Source: Porphyridium purpureum
Lineage: Eukaryota
DNA length: 64,000 bases
Direction: 5' to 3'
Assembly (NCBI GenBank): GCA_008690995.1
Contig: VRMN01000002.1
Location: 682,001-746,000 of the forward strand
The position numbers were made by a program, and so were the translations under genes. Positions within the stretch are counted from its first letter, which is position 1. Every line of letters begins with the position of its first letter. Positions 31,799 to 43,495 of the stretch are shown here, piece by piece. The notes under the pieces were generated by a model that saw only the letters and a list, made by a program, of their open reading frames with translations, ran no database searches and was not told where the DNA came from.

Positions 31799-33026
31799 CT
31801 TCCCCCGCTATTGCCCCCTTCCCCCCTCCCCCGGGCGCCAGACGCTCCTCGCCGTCGCCACTCTCCCGTTCCGAGCGAGCCGCGTTGCTTCCCGAGTCAC
31901 ACCCACCCACCACACGCCGCCGTGCCACCACGCACGCTTCCTCGCTCCGTCCCCCTGCACGCCGCGCCCTCTCCCACGCGCGCGCGCGCGTCGCACGCCG
32001 TCTACTCCACACGCACGGTCACACGCCGGTCTCCGTCCTCATCCAACCGCTCGCGTTCCTTCTCCATGTGCCTGCCCTTCTCCCCCCCCTTCCCGCACTC
32101 ACCTACCACGCTCACACCTCAATATCACAACACGGTCTTACCCTAATTCCTACTCACCCCCACACCGCTTGCGGCCTTTCCAGGTTTGCTTGATCCGAAA
32201 GTACAGTGCTTACTGAAAGTATGAAGAGTACCGCGAGTACAGTGCGTACACTCCATAATCGCCTACTAGGGTTACTGGATGTGGTTGTTCCTTTCTCGTT
32301 CTCTCGTTTTCTCGGTTTCACGCTGAGGTGGAGGCGGCTGTGAAGGAAATTTTGGGAGAGGGAGAGAGAGAGAGTGTGTGTACGTGTGTACGTGTGTAAG
32401 TGTGCGATCGCATGTGGTGATGGAAAGTGTGGCGTGGCTGGCCATCAGGCTGGGACTCCATGGGTCAACTCGGAACGTGGGTTGTCTGGCGTGCGAGACT
32501 GCGCGGAGAAGGGGGAGGAGGGTGCTGAGGTGACAGGGTTGTGGGGCCGGTGTGGGGCGTGGGTGCGTGGCGTCTGCCGTTGGTAGCATCGGTTCTTCGG
32601 GCGCATATGCCGTGCACGCGCGATTGGTCATTGCGGTGCGACCGCTTGTCTCAGCGAGCGGCGTGCAATGCTGCGACGCGACGCAGCAGCCGTGCGCCGT
32701 GCGACAGGCCGCTCGGATGCGCGCATAACGGCGCGAGTCGAGTCCAATTCAGCAGCGCGCCGTTTCTTGACCATCATCGATACATAGGAAAACAGGGCCA
32801 TTCGATCACAACGAGCCGGACCGATGCCGAACCGATTTTTTTCCCCGTTCGCGTGGACTAAAGGATACTGTAAGCCGGTGCCGACACGTACTGGCATTTG
32901 TGTGATTCGTCCGCGTTGCGTCAACGATTCGGGGAACGGAACTGACATGTTGCGAATGGCGTTGCGTCGTGCGCACGGCCGCTCGTCGTGAGAAAGACGA
33001 GTGGACGCAGCGCGAGCACGAGGAGA

Positions 33027-34259
33027 ATGGGTCTGAAGGCAAGCTCCTGCGGGAAGATATGGGTTCTGCTGGTCGCACTGCTCGGTGGGTGGTGTGCGGT
33101 GCAGGCGGCCCCGGTACCGGCGCCTGTGGCTCGGGAACTGGAGGTGGGAGAACAGCCGACCAAGAGCAGAGATATGCTGCCGGCGCCGGAATTGATCAGG
33201 AAGTCGTCAGGACAGACGCTCGCACCGGAAATCATGACGCTTCGAATCGATGAAAATCGCACCGTACAAGGCTCGAAGAGTACCTGGCAGGTCGCCGTGA
33301 CGGGCGCCCCTGACGAAAGCTTTGTTACGGCAGGGTTCTACGCCATGCAACTTGGCGCAGACTTTTTCCCATCGAATGTGGTGGTGAATGTGAACATCAG
33401 ATACAATACAGAATCCACGGGGCGCTTGGGAACCGGACAAAGCACCAGCACGATCCTGATTGATGAAGTGTTCTACCAGGTCGCGATTGCAGAAGCAATT
33501 ACCGGAACCAACTTGAATGGGAACGATTTTGACCTTTTGCTCACGATTTTTGTAATCCAGGCCGATGGGCTCAAATGGTACACAGGTACCGATGCGCGGC
33601 CCAGTCTCCTTGAGTACGACCTTGTCACCGTGCTCTTGCACGAAAGTCTGCATGCGCTCTTTTTCTCGAGTCTCGTGAATTACCGTAGCCCCACAGAAGC
33701 CGGCTGGAGCAGCTTTGTTATGGCATTTGACGCATATCTCGTGTCATTTACAGGCTGCGCCATCCGCGGTTATCTGACCGAGGCAGACAACGGCTTCAGC
33801 GAGGACATTGCCAAGAGTGTAACCAACGAGGACCTGTACCTCGGTCTACCGAAAACATCTGCAGATGAATTTCCGCAGATGTACGCGCCTTCTGAGTGGA
33901 TTCAAGGCTCATCAGTCGTACATTATGACCTGGATTACGTCAGCCAGGTGCTTGGACGCGAAGACACGCTTATGCAGCCCGCGATTAGCGCCGGATTTGC
34001 GCAGCACACAGTCGGGGACCAAACGACGGCTTTGATGAACGGCATCCTGGGCAAGATTAGCAATGCTCCTGTGCTGTGCACGCCGGGCACGTACGGCGAA
34101 AACCAAGGCTGCCCAGATTGCGTTGGCAGTCTCAGTCCTGCTGTCTTTTGGGTCATAATAGGCTGCTGTATTGCATTCTTACTTATCACTGTGCTGTTGT
34201 TGCTTTGCTGCTGCACTTCCTGCTGCGGATGTGGCAAGAAGGCGCCGCGAAAGAAGTGA
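33027..34259 (+). CDS. Secreted, membrane-anchored zinc metalloprotease-like protein
   Basis: Signal peptide, YDLVTVLLHESLH (HExxH), YAPSEWIQGSSVVH, LMQP, C-terminal TM and Cys-rich basic tail. Confidence 0.8.
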   Translation: MGLKASSCGKIWVLLVALLGGWCAVQAAPVPAPVARELEVGEQPTKSRDMLPAPELIRKSSGQTLAPEIMTLRIDENRTVQGSKSTWQVAVTGAPDESFVTAGFYAMQLGADFFPSNVVVNVNIRYNTESTGRLGTGQSTSTILIDEVFYQVAIAEAITGTNLNGNDFDLLLTIFVIQADGLKWYTGTDARPSLLEYDLVTVLLHESLHALFFSSLVNYRSPTEAGWSSFVMAFDAYLVSFTGCAIRGYLTEADNGFSEDIAKSVTNEDLYLGLPKTSADEFPQMYAPSEWIQGSSVVHYDLDYVSQVLGREDTLMQPAISAGFAQHTVGDQTTALMNGILGKISNAPVLCTPGTYGENQGCPDCVGSLSPAVFWVIIGCCIAFLLITVLLLLCCCTSCCGCGKKAPRKK

Positions 34260-34457
34260 TTCGCCGCTCTGGATTCAGTCCACGTGCAAGTCATGTTCGT
34301 TCATAAATTGAGAACGAAACTCGCAGTTTTTTGGTCTGTCAAAATATTATAGTTATTTCTTTTCCAAAGATTGCTTCCCTTTCCTCTCTTCGACGACCAT
34401 CGCAAGCTCATGATCAATATTTCAGCTTGATCCGACTTACGGCAGGCTCCTCACGCC

Positions 34458-37400
34458 CTATCGCTTCTTCTTCTTCTTCCCGAACGGAATGCAGCCGCAA
34501 AGCATACGAGGTTCATCTACATCGGAATCTGGAATTGACGCTTCCACCGAGGCAGTGTCTTCCACAGAAGGGTCATCTGAGGCAACTGTCGATGATTTAC
34601 GCCGTAGCGGCTCTTTGTTGGAAGTCTTCCCACGCATTTCTTCGCGTGGCGAAAAGGGAATCTCTTCAGCATCGGAATCAAGCATGTTCGTGTATCTGGG
34701 TGAATGGTAAGCGCTCCCTACAATAGCGCGGTACTCGTCCAAAAGCTTTCGAAAGATAGGCACCTGATCCCTGACGCACTGAACAAGTTTTCTTCGCTCC
34801 GCGCCACTTGGTAGGGCGCGTGCGGTGTCATGCGCTTCTTTCATGGTAAATTTTGCGACGTTCACGCACCCTTGCACTTCCAGGAGCTGCCGCGCGCAAA
34901 GCTCTGGCGATTCCGACTGAGTACATTCATGAAGAAGTTCTTCCACCATGCGATTCACCGTTTCAACGTGTTCGCACAAAAGAACAACTTCAGACGCCGG
35001 CACGGCCGGACCTGGACTCTCTTTGAGATTTGTAAGCTCATCAATCACGCCGCGAAACTCAGACTGCAATGCCTTCAAGTTTTGCGAAGTAACCTGCTTC
35101 TGCGCACTGCTCGCCGCTGCATGGTCGCGTTTACAATGATCAAAAGTATCGCGCGTTGCCACGGCCAGCTCCTCTGCCTCGCCCAATATCGAGGAACGTG
35201 TGGATCCGTCATGAAGCGCACTTACGATGCTCGCCAGCACCTTCAAAAGCTTAAGTTGCAAATGCATAACCTGCACATTAGACGTCATACGGCTGCCACC
35301 CGTGTCGGAGGATTCAGCAGCACCAGTCTCGATAATCTCAGGCGATGACGTAAATCTTGTCTTCTGCTGTGCAGCCATGGATGCAGATCCCGCACCTGTA
35401 GCTGCCGGTGCCCGAGCAGCAGCAGCTGAAGGTGCCACCTTTGCCGCAAGGCTCGACTTCAATGCAGCGGAACGAGCGGCCTGCGACTTGCCAGGTACCA
35501 TCGCAGGCGGAGGCGCCAAGGACGCGCTCTGGTTTCGATCTTTTTGCTCTGCGAGCAGTCTGTCACACGCATCACGTTCCTCGAGGTACCGATGCAGTAC
35601 TCGGGAAATCTCAGCCTTATGGGCTTTCATGCGCGGAACAAAGTTGCGTTTCTCCGCCTCATCGTCAATTGAGCGAATCTTTTGCGCAAGCGCCTCGTAA
35701 AGTGTCTTAGAATCTTGCAAGCACGTCTCCACCGATACCAACACTTCTTGCGGATCACGCGTTCCGTCGTACATCGAATCCAGCTGCGCCTTTGCCGACT
35801 CGAGCGCATTACCAATCGCCTCAAGCGCCTCCCCCGCACCGACGCCAAAGTCCGCATCCATTTTGTCTGACACGAGGCTGCGAAACGCAGCTGCTGGCCC
35901 TTTCTGAAGCTCTTTTTCGCACACGCCCTTTTCAGCTTCAAAAGCACGGATCATGTCATCATTCCTCGCCAAGTTCTTTTTCCATGCGTCCATCACGCTT
36001 GGGTTCGACTTGACAACACTCCGCTGATGCTCCAAGGTATCTGTGAGAAAGGTCAGAGCAGCATCCACTTGTCTTAGCATCACACGGCACTGAGCCGTAT
36101 CTGTGCTTCCTCGCGCCACTTTTTTACAGGTCTGCAGGAGAACACCGATTTCTCGGCTCTTCTCATCGAACTCGGCCTGAACGGAGCTCATCTCACTGAA
36201 AACAACTTGGACTGAAGACGCTTGCCCATGCTCAGTGAAACTGACGCCTCGAGCAGTGACCACGGTGTCGAATTCGTCCTCGTCATTTGAGTCTGACTCA
36301 ACCACTGACGAGTCAACCCTGGCGCTTTGTTCATCGTCCTCGGCAGACGGCTCGTGCACGCGAGCAAACTTACTGGAATGGTTTGTCCGTTCGTCGCTAC
36401 TGGAGGCACTGTCGTTGTGCTGCTGGGGCACTGGGCCATAAAACGAGTTCTGACCCGACACGTTCGAATCGGAAGAGTGATTGGATTCCCGTGTTGGTAT
36501 GGACGACATGCCATTGGCCAAAGTATTCACTTTGATCGAGAGTTCGGTCAGCGCGTCTCTGTTTTCGCGAAGTTCGGATATGCGCTCCTGGAGGGCGCTT
36601 TGAATCGTCCGACTTTGTTCAATCCATGCCGCGCGCTGAGACTGCGGCATTCCGCGAACCATTGCACGAATTTCTTCGTAGCACGCACGCGCGTCCTTGA
36701 CGTGTTCAAGACTTTCTTCGAGGCTCTTTCCCGCTTTAGACTGTAAGTCTTTCGCCCGTGCGTGGTCCATTTTCGCGACGCTTTGGTCGCATTTCGAGAC
36801 GCAGACGCTGAACAGGTCGTGGCATCGGTCAATATTCGCGAGAAAGTCGCTCATCGAATGAATCAGTTGATGCAGCTGCTCGTTCTCGGCCACGTCGTCT
36901 TCGCCCGGCTGCGGATGTGCGCTGCTTCCTGAATGCGACATGTACGATTCTTCGTCCGCAATCCGCACGACTTTGATTTCATCCAGACTCGTTGCGTGCT
37001 CTTTCAGTCGGCCTTGTGTGCTGCGCTCCTCATTGGCCAGCACACGCCGCGCCGTCGTGCTCACCTTGGTGGCTATTAGTTTATAATTATCGAAATGCTC
37101 TCGCGCTTCTTCGGCGAGCAAGAGAAGTTCCTCAAATTGCACACGCGTGCAATGGCCCTTCATCTTCGCTTGCAATTTCCAAGCCGTATCCAGCGCCTGA
37201 TTCGTGCTCTGAAGATCCGACCGCATCTCCGCCAAAAGTTGTGTCTCGTCCACCGACCCGTCACTCAAGTTCTCACTGGTATCTGCGCCCGCGCCGGACG
37301 AAGAGCTGGCACCATCACCGTGAAGCACAGCATGGCCTTCTTCGTCCGCTCCCACCTCCGAGTCGGCCACAATCGAGCTCGTAGCAGCGGAATTTGTGCG

Positions 37401-37895
37401 GCGTGCGTCGTCACTATCGGCCGCCGTGGTATGTCGGCCGCCCATCCGCGGTGCACTGTTTCTTTCCGCGATGCTGGACGAGTGTTGCGAGTCTCGTGAG
37501 ACCGGAGTGGACGCCGCGGAGCCAGAAGAGCCGCCGTCATCGGCGGACGAGCCAGCGCGATTGTGGGAGTCCTGCCTCTCGATATCCTCTGCAAGCGCGG
37601 CTCGCAGCTCACGGGCATCAGCAACGAGGTCACGGAGCGCATTCTGGCATTCGCGCGCGGGCTCAATGAAGGGCTGCCGCGTATCGCCGGGCATTTGGCG
37701 CAATGTCTCACGCAGCTGATCGTACTGCTCGCGCGAGGCGCGCACAGACGCGAGAATGCGCTTCAGCATAGCCTCGCGCTCGCTAAGCGACCACGACATG
37801 GACGCGGCTGCGGACGCATCGTCCACCAGCTCGCGGGCATGCTCGATTCCATGCTCGAGCTCTGTCAGCTCGTGCCTTGCGACGGGCTCCGTCAT
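34458..37895 (-). CDS. Large helical-repeat protein (about 7 Vti1-Habc-like modules) with C-terminal CGC + polybasic tail
   Basis: 1145-aa ORF; helical blocks of about 90-110 aa separated by S/D-rich linkers; ends MLCGCIPFGKKKKKR. Confidence 0.8.
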   Translation of the reverse strand: MTEPVARHELTELEHGIEHARELVDDASAAASMSWSLSEREAMLKRILASVRASREQYDQLRETLRQMPGDTRQPFIEPARECQNALRDLVADARELRAALAEDIERQDSHNRAGSSADDGGSSGSAASTPVSRDSQHSSSIAERNSAPRMGGRHTTAADSDDARRTNSAATSSIVADSEVGADEEGHAVLHGDGASSSSGAGADTSENLSDGSVDETQLLAEMRSDLQSTNQALDTAWKLQAKMKGHCTRVQFEELLLLAEEAREHFDNYKLIATKVSTTARRVLANEERSTQGRLKEHATSLDEIKVVRIADEESYMSHSGSSAHPQPGEDDVAENEQLHQLIHSMSDFLANIDRCHDLFSVCVSKCDQSVAKMDHARAKDLQSKAGKSLEESLEHVKDARACYEEIRAMVRGMPQSQRAAWIEQSRTIQSALQERISELRENRDALTELSIKVNTLANGMSSIPTRESNHSSDSNVSGQNSFYGPVPQQHNDSASSSDERTNHSSKFARVHEPSAEDDEQSARVDSSVVESDSNDEDEFDTVVTARGVSFTEHGQASSVQVVFSEMSSVQAEFDEKSREIGVLLQTCKKVARGSTDTAQCRVMLRQVDAALTFLTDTLEHQRSVVKSNPSVMDAWKKNLARNDDMIRAFEAEKGVCEKELQKGPAAAFRSLVSDKMDADFGVGAGEALEAIGNALESAKAQLDSMYDGTRDPQEVLVSVETCLQDSKTLYEALAQKIRSIDDEAEKRNFVPRMKAHKAEISRVLHRYLEERDACDRLLAEQKDRNQSASLAPPPAMVPGKSQAARSAALKSSLAAKVAPSAAAARAPAATGAGSASMAAQQKTRFTSSPEIIETGAAESSDTGGSRMTSNVQVMHLQLKLLKVLASIVSALHDGSTRSSILGEAEELAVATRDTFDHCKRDHAAASSAQKQVTSQNLKALQSEFRGVIDELTNLKESPGPAVPASEVVLLCEHVETVNRMVEELLHECTQSESPELCARQLLEVQGCVNVAKFTMKEAHDTARALPSGAERRKLVQCVRDQVPIFRKLLDEYRAIVGSAYHSPRYTNMLDSDAEEIPFSPREEMRGKTSNKEPLRRKSSTVASDDPSVEDTASVEASIPDSDVDEPRMLCGCIPFGKKKKKR

Positions 37896-40100
37896 CGCGC
37901 TCCCCCGACCTGCGCCGCAACGCCCGCAGGCGAGATCATCAATTCCACCACCACCACCTCCTTCCTGCTCCTTCTCACCGCGCCTACCTCCTCTTCCTGC
38001 TTAGATATCATGCACACGCCGCATATCTTCCCCACCCCATCCTCCAAACGCCCTTCCTCTTCCTCTTCCTTCCTTCCTCCTTCACTGTCCCTGCGCAACA
38101 CGCAAGTTCAAAAGATGTTCCATCAAAACACGCCCATTTCAGAAGAAAACACGCGCGCATTGTTAGAGTCAGGTCGAGCTGCGACAACACGCACCCGCTC
38201 ATGGAGCGACGGGGCATGTTCGTCAAGCGGGAGAAGAACCGTCACGGCGTTCGCCGGCGATGCGCGACGCGACGCGCCACGCCATAACTGCGCTAGATTT
38301 CATAAGGAGATGCAGAACGGCGTGCCTTCCGCCTAAGTTTGGCGTCACGTGTCGAACAACCATCACGTCGCTGCCAGCGAGTTGGGAGTGTCAGAAAGGC
38401 GTGCGAGTAGAGTTGGAGAGGGATCCACGTTGAAAGTAAGTCGTGCGTTGGACCACGGCGCTGACAACCCGAACGCAACGGCGCAATTTGGAGACAGGCG
38501 GGCGGGGCGCATGGTTCTCCAGCGAATGCGTTCTCTGCGGTGCTTACGCGTGTCGCGCGAGTTCATTCACTATTCTCACGCTACGGAGTTTGGGTCCGGG
38601 CGCATCTAGTCGCGAATGCTTCTGCACTCTTTGCGGGCGGCCGAATCGATCAGCACGGCGCAGGTATAGATCTCGTTCCGCTCAAACTTGCGCTAGAATC
38701 CGTCGCCGAGATCCACAACGTTGGCTTTTCTGCGATGGCTTCCAATCTTCATAGTGTGCGAGTTTCTCGGCGATCGAAGCAGGCCTTCTAGCATGAGGCC
38801 TGATCATCCTCCAAACCGTTCTGGAGCGTCCGCTTTCTGTCACGGGGGCTCACCGCAGCGCTTGACTTCGTCAGCCAGTGGGAGTCTCCGCGTTCAAAAT
38901 TCTCCATCTTGTCCCTGTCATATGCTGATCCTCTGGGATGGCCTTTCCTACCCTTTGACGTTTCGTCGCCTGTTCACGAAGAAGTTAGCCGCGTAGCAAG
39001 GCTAATCTTCTCACGGCTGCCGGGATAAGGCTCATCTTATACCCATGGCTTCAGTATGAGCGTTTTACCTTTGGCAGGCCCAAACGAAGCCCAATCAAGA
39101 GCGGCCTCCACACTTCCATGTGGACCGAACACTCCGCTGTGCTTGGTGGGATTCATGGCATCGGCGTGAAGTTTCTCTTCCTTCAGAAGAAACGCATATT
39201 CCAGAGAAAGCTCTATCCGAAAAGAAAAGTTGGTGACAAGAACTAGGAATCGAAGAGCGGACAAGCAACAGGTATTCGTAGGTCCTAGTTCTGGGACAAC
39301 AGACATGCCTGGCTTTCGCGTGACATCGAATGAATCTCCGGAACGTCCTCGGCACAATAATCACTGTGCTTTTATGTCAACACTGGTTGACATGATCAGT
39401 TTAGACAGAGCTTTGCGAAACTGCGGCCCCGTTTCACGATATCTTTGTTACCTGACATCCCATCCTGGCGCTTGCTGAGCAAAACTGCAAACCGCGTGGC
39501 CCCTCGAGACACTTGCCTGGAGATTCGAGCATGTGTACTACGCAGTGCGGGCCCTTGCGTCTGAGGTATAAGAGGATGCACTGAAGTGCGACGCACGAAC
39601 TCGGGTATCTAAGGACTTGCGTCGAATATGCGCATGTTGGGGAAACACAAGCGAGCTTCGAGAGCTTTTCTCTGAATGAAATCTTGCGAGTGGGTGAGCG
39701 GCATGGTCACATTTAAAAAGTAAAATACGGCTGGATGAGAGCGAGGCGTCTGTTCGTGTGGAACGCGCGCGACAAACGACCCCGCCCACGTTTCTGAGGC
39801 TTCAACAGGATTTCCGAAAAATGTCGCCGCATATCGAAGAGCCGCGACCACGCGACGCAGATCACGCGGTTTGGATTTATCTGCATCTACACTAAAACGA
39901 TCGCTACTGTCCATTTGGTGAGACCCGAACGAGGCACAGTAGCATACCAAAAAAGAGAAGGCCGGTTGAAGTCTTGTGGTGCATCGCAGCGCATGTCGTC
40001 ATGCGTCCAGCCGTTCTTATTTCATGGGGGTTCCCATTCAATGATCGCGTACCTGGCAATGCGTCTCGTGACTCAAGACCCGGGAAAAAAAAATTCGCAA

Positions 40101-41594
40101 CTACATATGAATCGGTTTGCCGAAAGAAGCTGCCATGGCGGCTTCGCGAACGCTCTCTGACACAGTCGGATGGGCGTGGCTCGTTCGTGCCAGATCCTCT
40201 GCGCTGGCACCGTACTCCATGGCAATGCAACCTTCATGAATCATCTCACCCGCACCCTTTGCGATAATGTGCATGCCGAGCACCTTATCTGTCTTGGCAT
40301 CTGTCAAGATCTTGACCATGCCCTGTGTCGTGTCGCCGCCTACGTCAATCGCCTTGGCGCGCGAGTTGGCCATCAATGGGAAAACGCCCTTCTTATACTC
40401 GATGCCGGCCTCCTTGAGCTGCTCTTCCGTTTTGCCTACATCCGCAACTTCAGGCTCCGTATAAATGACGCCGGGAATAGCATCGTAATTCACATGCGGC
40501 TTTGGCCCCCCAGCGATGTGCTCCACGCACACAATGCCCTCGTCCTCAGCTTTATGCGCCAGCATCGGACCGCGAATTACATCTCCAATCGCATAAATAT
40601 TTGGCACGCTTGTCTGGAAGGCTTCATTCACATCAATGCGGCCCTTGTTGTCCGTTTTGATACCAACATTCTCCAAGCCGAGCTTCTCGGTGTACGGAAT
40701 GCGCCCGATGGCTACAAGAACCACGTCAGCTTCCAAAGTCTCGTTGCTACCACCCTTGGAACTCTCGAGCGACAACTTGACTCCAGATTCTGTCATTTCG
40801 GCTCCCATAACCTTGGTGCCCAATTTGAACTTCATGCCCTGCTTCTTCAAAATTTTCAGAAACATGCTGCTGACTTCGTTATCCAAGCTCGGGCAAATCT
40901 TGTCCAGGAATTCCACGACCGTCACTTCAGAACCCAGGCGGCGCCACACCGACCCCATCTCGATGCCAATGACTCCGCCACCAATAACAACCATCTTCGG
41001 CGGGATTTCCTTGAGCGCCAGCGCACCCGTGGAAGACACAATACGCTCCTCATCAATGGTAACATTCGGGAGCTTGGCAACGTCCGATCCTGTTGCGATC
41101 ACGATGTTTTTGGTCTTGATCGACTGCGTTTCGCCGGATGTCAATTCCACTTTGACCTCGTTGGGTGAGGTGATGGATCCCATCCCCTTTACATAAGTGA
41201 TCTTGTTCTTTTTAAACAGTCCTTCAATTCCCTTCGTGAGCGCCTTGACGCTGCCGTCTTTTTGCTCCATCATCTTTGGGAGGTTGACGGACACATTGTC
41301 CGCCATCACGCCATGCTTGGCAAACGAGTGCGTCGCCTCCTCGTACATATGCGACGAATGCAGGAGCGCCTTGGACGGAATACACCCAACATTCAGACAC
41401 GTCCCACCTAGCGCGCCTCGCTTCTCCACGCACGCCACTTTCAGCCCGAGCTGCGCCGCCTTGATGGCAGCCACATACCCTCCTGGCCCTCCACCAATGA
41501 TCGTCAGGTCCACTTCCTCCAAGGCGGCCGCAGCTGACGCAAAGCCGCGCCTCCCAAGGAACGCCGCACGTACGCGCAGCACCATCCCAGCCAT
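40101..41594 (-). CDS. LPD1: Dihydrolipoamide dehydrogenase (mitochondrial E3)
   Basis: [40 protein letters not shown]. Confidence 0.98.
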   Translation of the reverse strand: MAGMVLRVRAAFLGRRGFASAAAALEEVDLTIIGGGPGGYVAAIKAAQLGLKVACVEKRGALGGTCLNVGCIPSKALLHSSHMYEEATHSFAKHGVMADNVSVNLPKMMEQKDGSVKALTKGIEGLFKKNKITYVKGMGSITSPNEVKVELTSGETQSIKTKNIVIATGSDVAKLPNVTIDEERIVSSTGALALKEIPPKMVVIGGGVIGIEMGSVWRRLGSEVTVVEFLDKICPSLDNEVSSMFLKILKKQGMKFKLGTKVMGAEMTESGVKLSLESSKGGSNETLEADVVLVAIGRIPYTEKLGLENVGIKTDNKGRIDVNEAFQTSVPNIYAIGDVIRGPMLAHKAEDEGIVCVEHIAGGPKPHVNYDAIPGVIYTEPEVADVGKTEEQLKEAGIEYKKGVFPLMANSRAKAIDVGGDTTQGMVKILTDAKTDKVLGMHIIAKGAGEMIHEGCIAMEYGASAEDLARTSHAHPTVSESVREAAMAASFGKPIHM

Positions 41595-41815
41595 CCTTGC
41601 TCACACTCCAGCACCACCAACACACCTAACCCACCCACCTTCCCTCTCTGTCCTTGCCAACCACGCACGCCTGAATCTTTTCACGTGCACCGTGCACGAA
41701 AGACAACGGGAATGAGGACGCGAGACGCACGGATGGGATGGCGTTGTGACGGCTGCGACAGAGAGACAGGGAGAGTGTCGTCGGTGGATCTGGAAACAGC
41801 GCGCCGCGCCTCGTG

Positions 41816-43495
41816 ATGCAGCGTTCAATGTTTGGACTGCCGCACGCGCGTGGATGCTTCGCGTTGGGTGGTCGGCGTACTGGTTCCGAGTTTGCCGGCG
41901 CGGCCACGGCGGCCGCTGCGGCGCTTTCACGCATGCCGGCGAGCTGGAAGAGCGCGTCGCTCAGATGGAGAGCAGCTGTTTGTGCGGGTGCGTTTCCGAA
42001 CTGGGTGTCGCGACCATTGAGTTCTGAGAAAGCTTCTGCTCGAGACGGGCACAAGTTCAAAGTTGCTGTGATTGGGTCCGGTCCAGCGGGCTGTTACGCG
42101 GTCGCGGCACTCACCAAGCAGATACCAAAGACGCAGCTGGAAGTTGACGTCCTGGATGAGCTTCCAACACCGTTCGGGCTGGTGCGGTACGGCATAGCGC
42201 CTGACCACCAGGAGGCAAAGGCCGTAGTTAACCAATTTGCGCAGTCCCTCTCACAGGAGAACGTACGCTTCCGCGGAAACGTGAAGGTGGGCGTGCACGT
42301 TTCAGTCGCAGAGCTAAGGTCCATGTACCACGCCGTGATTGCTGCGGCAGGTGCGCAGTCTGAACGCAAGATCGACGTACCCGGCGAAAGTTTGCACGGT
42401 GTGCTTTCTGCGCGCAAATTTGTGGCTTGGTACAATGGCCACCCACACTTTACAAAGTTGCACGTTCCACTCGATCATAGGACAACGGACGTTGTTGTTG
42501 TAGGCAACGGGAACGTGGCCATTGACGTAGCGCGCATTCTTCTGAAGACTCCTGAGGAGCTTGCGCGCTCTGATATCGCGCAGCACGCATGGGAGAAACT
42601 TTCCCAGTGCTCCGTCAAACGCGTTCACCTTGTTGGCCGCCGGGGTTTGGCACAGGCCTCATGGTCTGCGAAAGAGCTCAGAGAGATCGTCCAGAAACTG
42701 CCCAATGTACGCGTCAAAGTGAATCCGGACGAAATCAAGCTCAGTGACGTCGACTTGGAGGAGCTTGAGATGGAAGAGAACCGGGCAAAGAAGCGCTGCA
42801 CTGGAATCGTTCAGCAAGCGGCGGCCGAGCAGGAGAGTGCAGCAGCAGAAGAGAAGCGGCTTTTCGAAGGTGAGCAGCAGACGGTCAAGGAGCTACATTT
42901 ACGATTTTTGCGCACACCGGTGCTTTTCCTGCCGAAGGACGACGACGCCAATTCCGTGGGTTGGACTCAATTTGCCCGTAATCACTTGGCGGGTCCTCCT
43001 GGGAAGCAGCGTGCACACATAACGACAAATATGCCCGCGGGATGCGAAACCATTCCCTCGACGCTGGTGCTTGTTTCTGTCGGATACAAGGTGGGCACGT
43101 TTGATGGCCTGCCCGTTGATACCGCCAGTGGCGTCATTCATAATGTGAAGGGACGCGTGAAAAACCAAACCGGAGAGTTTCTACCAGGCTTGTACGTTAC
43201 GGGCTGGATGAAACGCGGTTCGTCAGGGATAGTAGGATCGAATCGCTGGGATGCAGAAGAGACAATACGGTGCGTGATTGAGGATCTTGCGAGTGCCCCG
43301 CTTGACTACAAGGCGGGAGGTGCCGCGCTCGATTCGCTTCTAGACATTCGTGGCGTCCGGCTCGTCGACTTTGACAGCTGGCGGCGCATTGATACGAGAG
43401 AGTCTGCTGCAGGCGCTGCGATGGGAAAACCGCGCCAAAAGCTCACCTCGCTGGAGGAGCTGCTCCACACTGCTTCGACAGATCAGCATGCATAG
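41816..43495 (+). CDS. FDXR: NADPH:adrenodoxin (ferredoxin) oxidoreductase, mitochondrial
   Basis: IGSGPAG, PFGLVRYGIAPDH, FVAWYNGHP, GNGNVAIDVAR, GWMKRGSSG. Start may be 41933. Confidence 0.95.
   Translation: MQRSMFGLPHARGCFALGGRRTGSEFAGAATAAAAALSRMPASWKSASLRWRAAVCAGAFPNWVSRPLSSEKASARDGHKFKVAVIGSGPAGCYAVAALTKQIPKTQLEVDVLDELPTPFGLVRYGIAPDHQEAKAVVNQFAQSLSQENVRFRGNVKVGVHVSVAELRSMYHAVIAAAGAQSERKIDVPGESLHGVLSARKFVAWYNGHPHFTKLHVPLDHRTTDVVVVGNGNVAIDVARILLKTPEELARSDIAQHAWEKLSQCSVKRVHLVGRRGLAQASWSAKELREIVQKLPNVRVKVNPDEIKLSDVDLEELEMEENRAKKRCTGIVQQAAAEQESAAAEEKRLFEGEQQTVKELHLRFLRTPVLFLPKDDDANSVGWTQFARNHLAGPPGKQRAHITTNMPAGCETIPSTLVLVSVGYKVGTFDGLPVDTASGVIHNVKGRVKNQTGEFLPGLYVTGWMKRGSSGIVGSNRWDAEETIRCVIEDLASAPLDYKAGGAALDSLLDIRGVRLVDFDSWRRIDTRESAAGAAMGKPRQKLTSLEELLHTASTDQHA

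Noticed and set aside
40170..41196. Long plus-strand ORFs opposite LPD1
   Set aside because: Antisense shadows with no protein-like features
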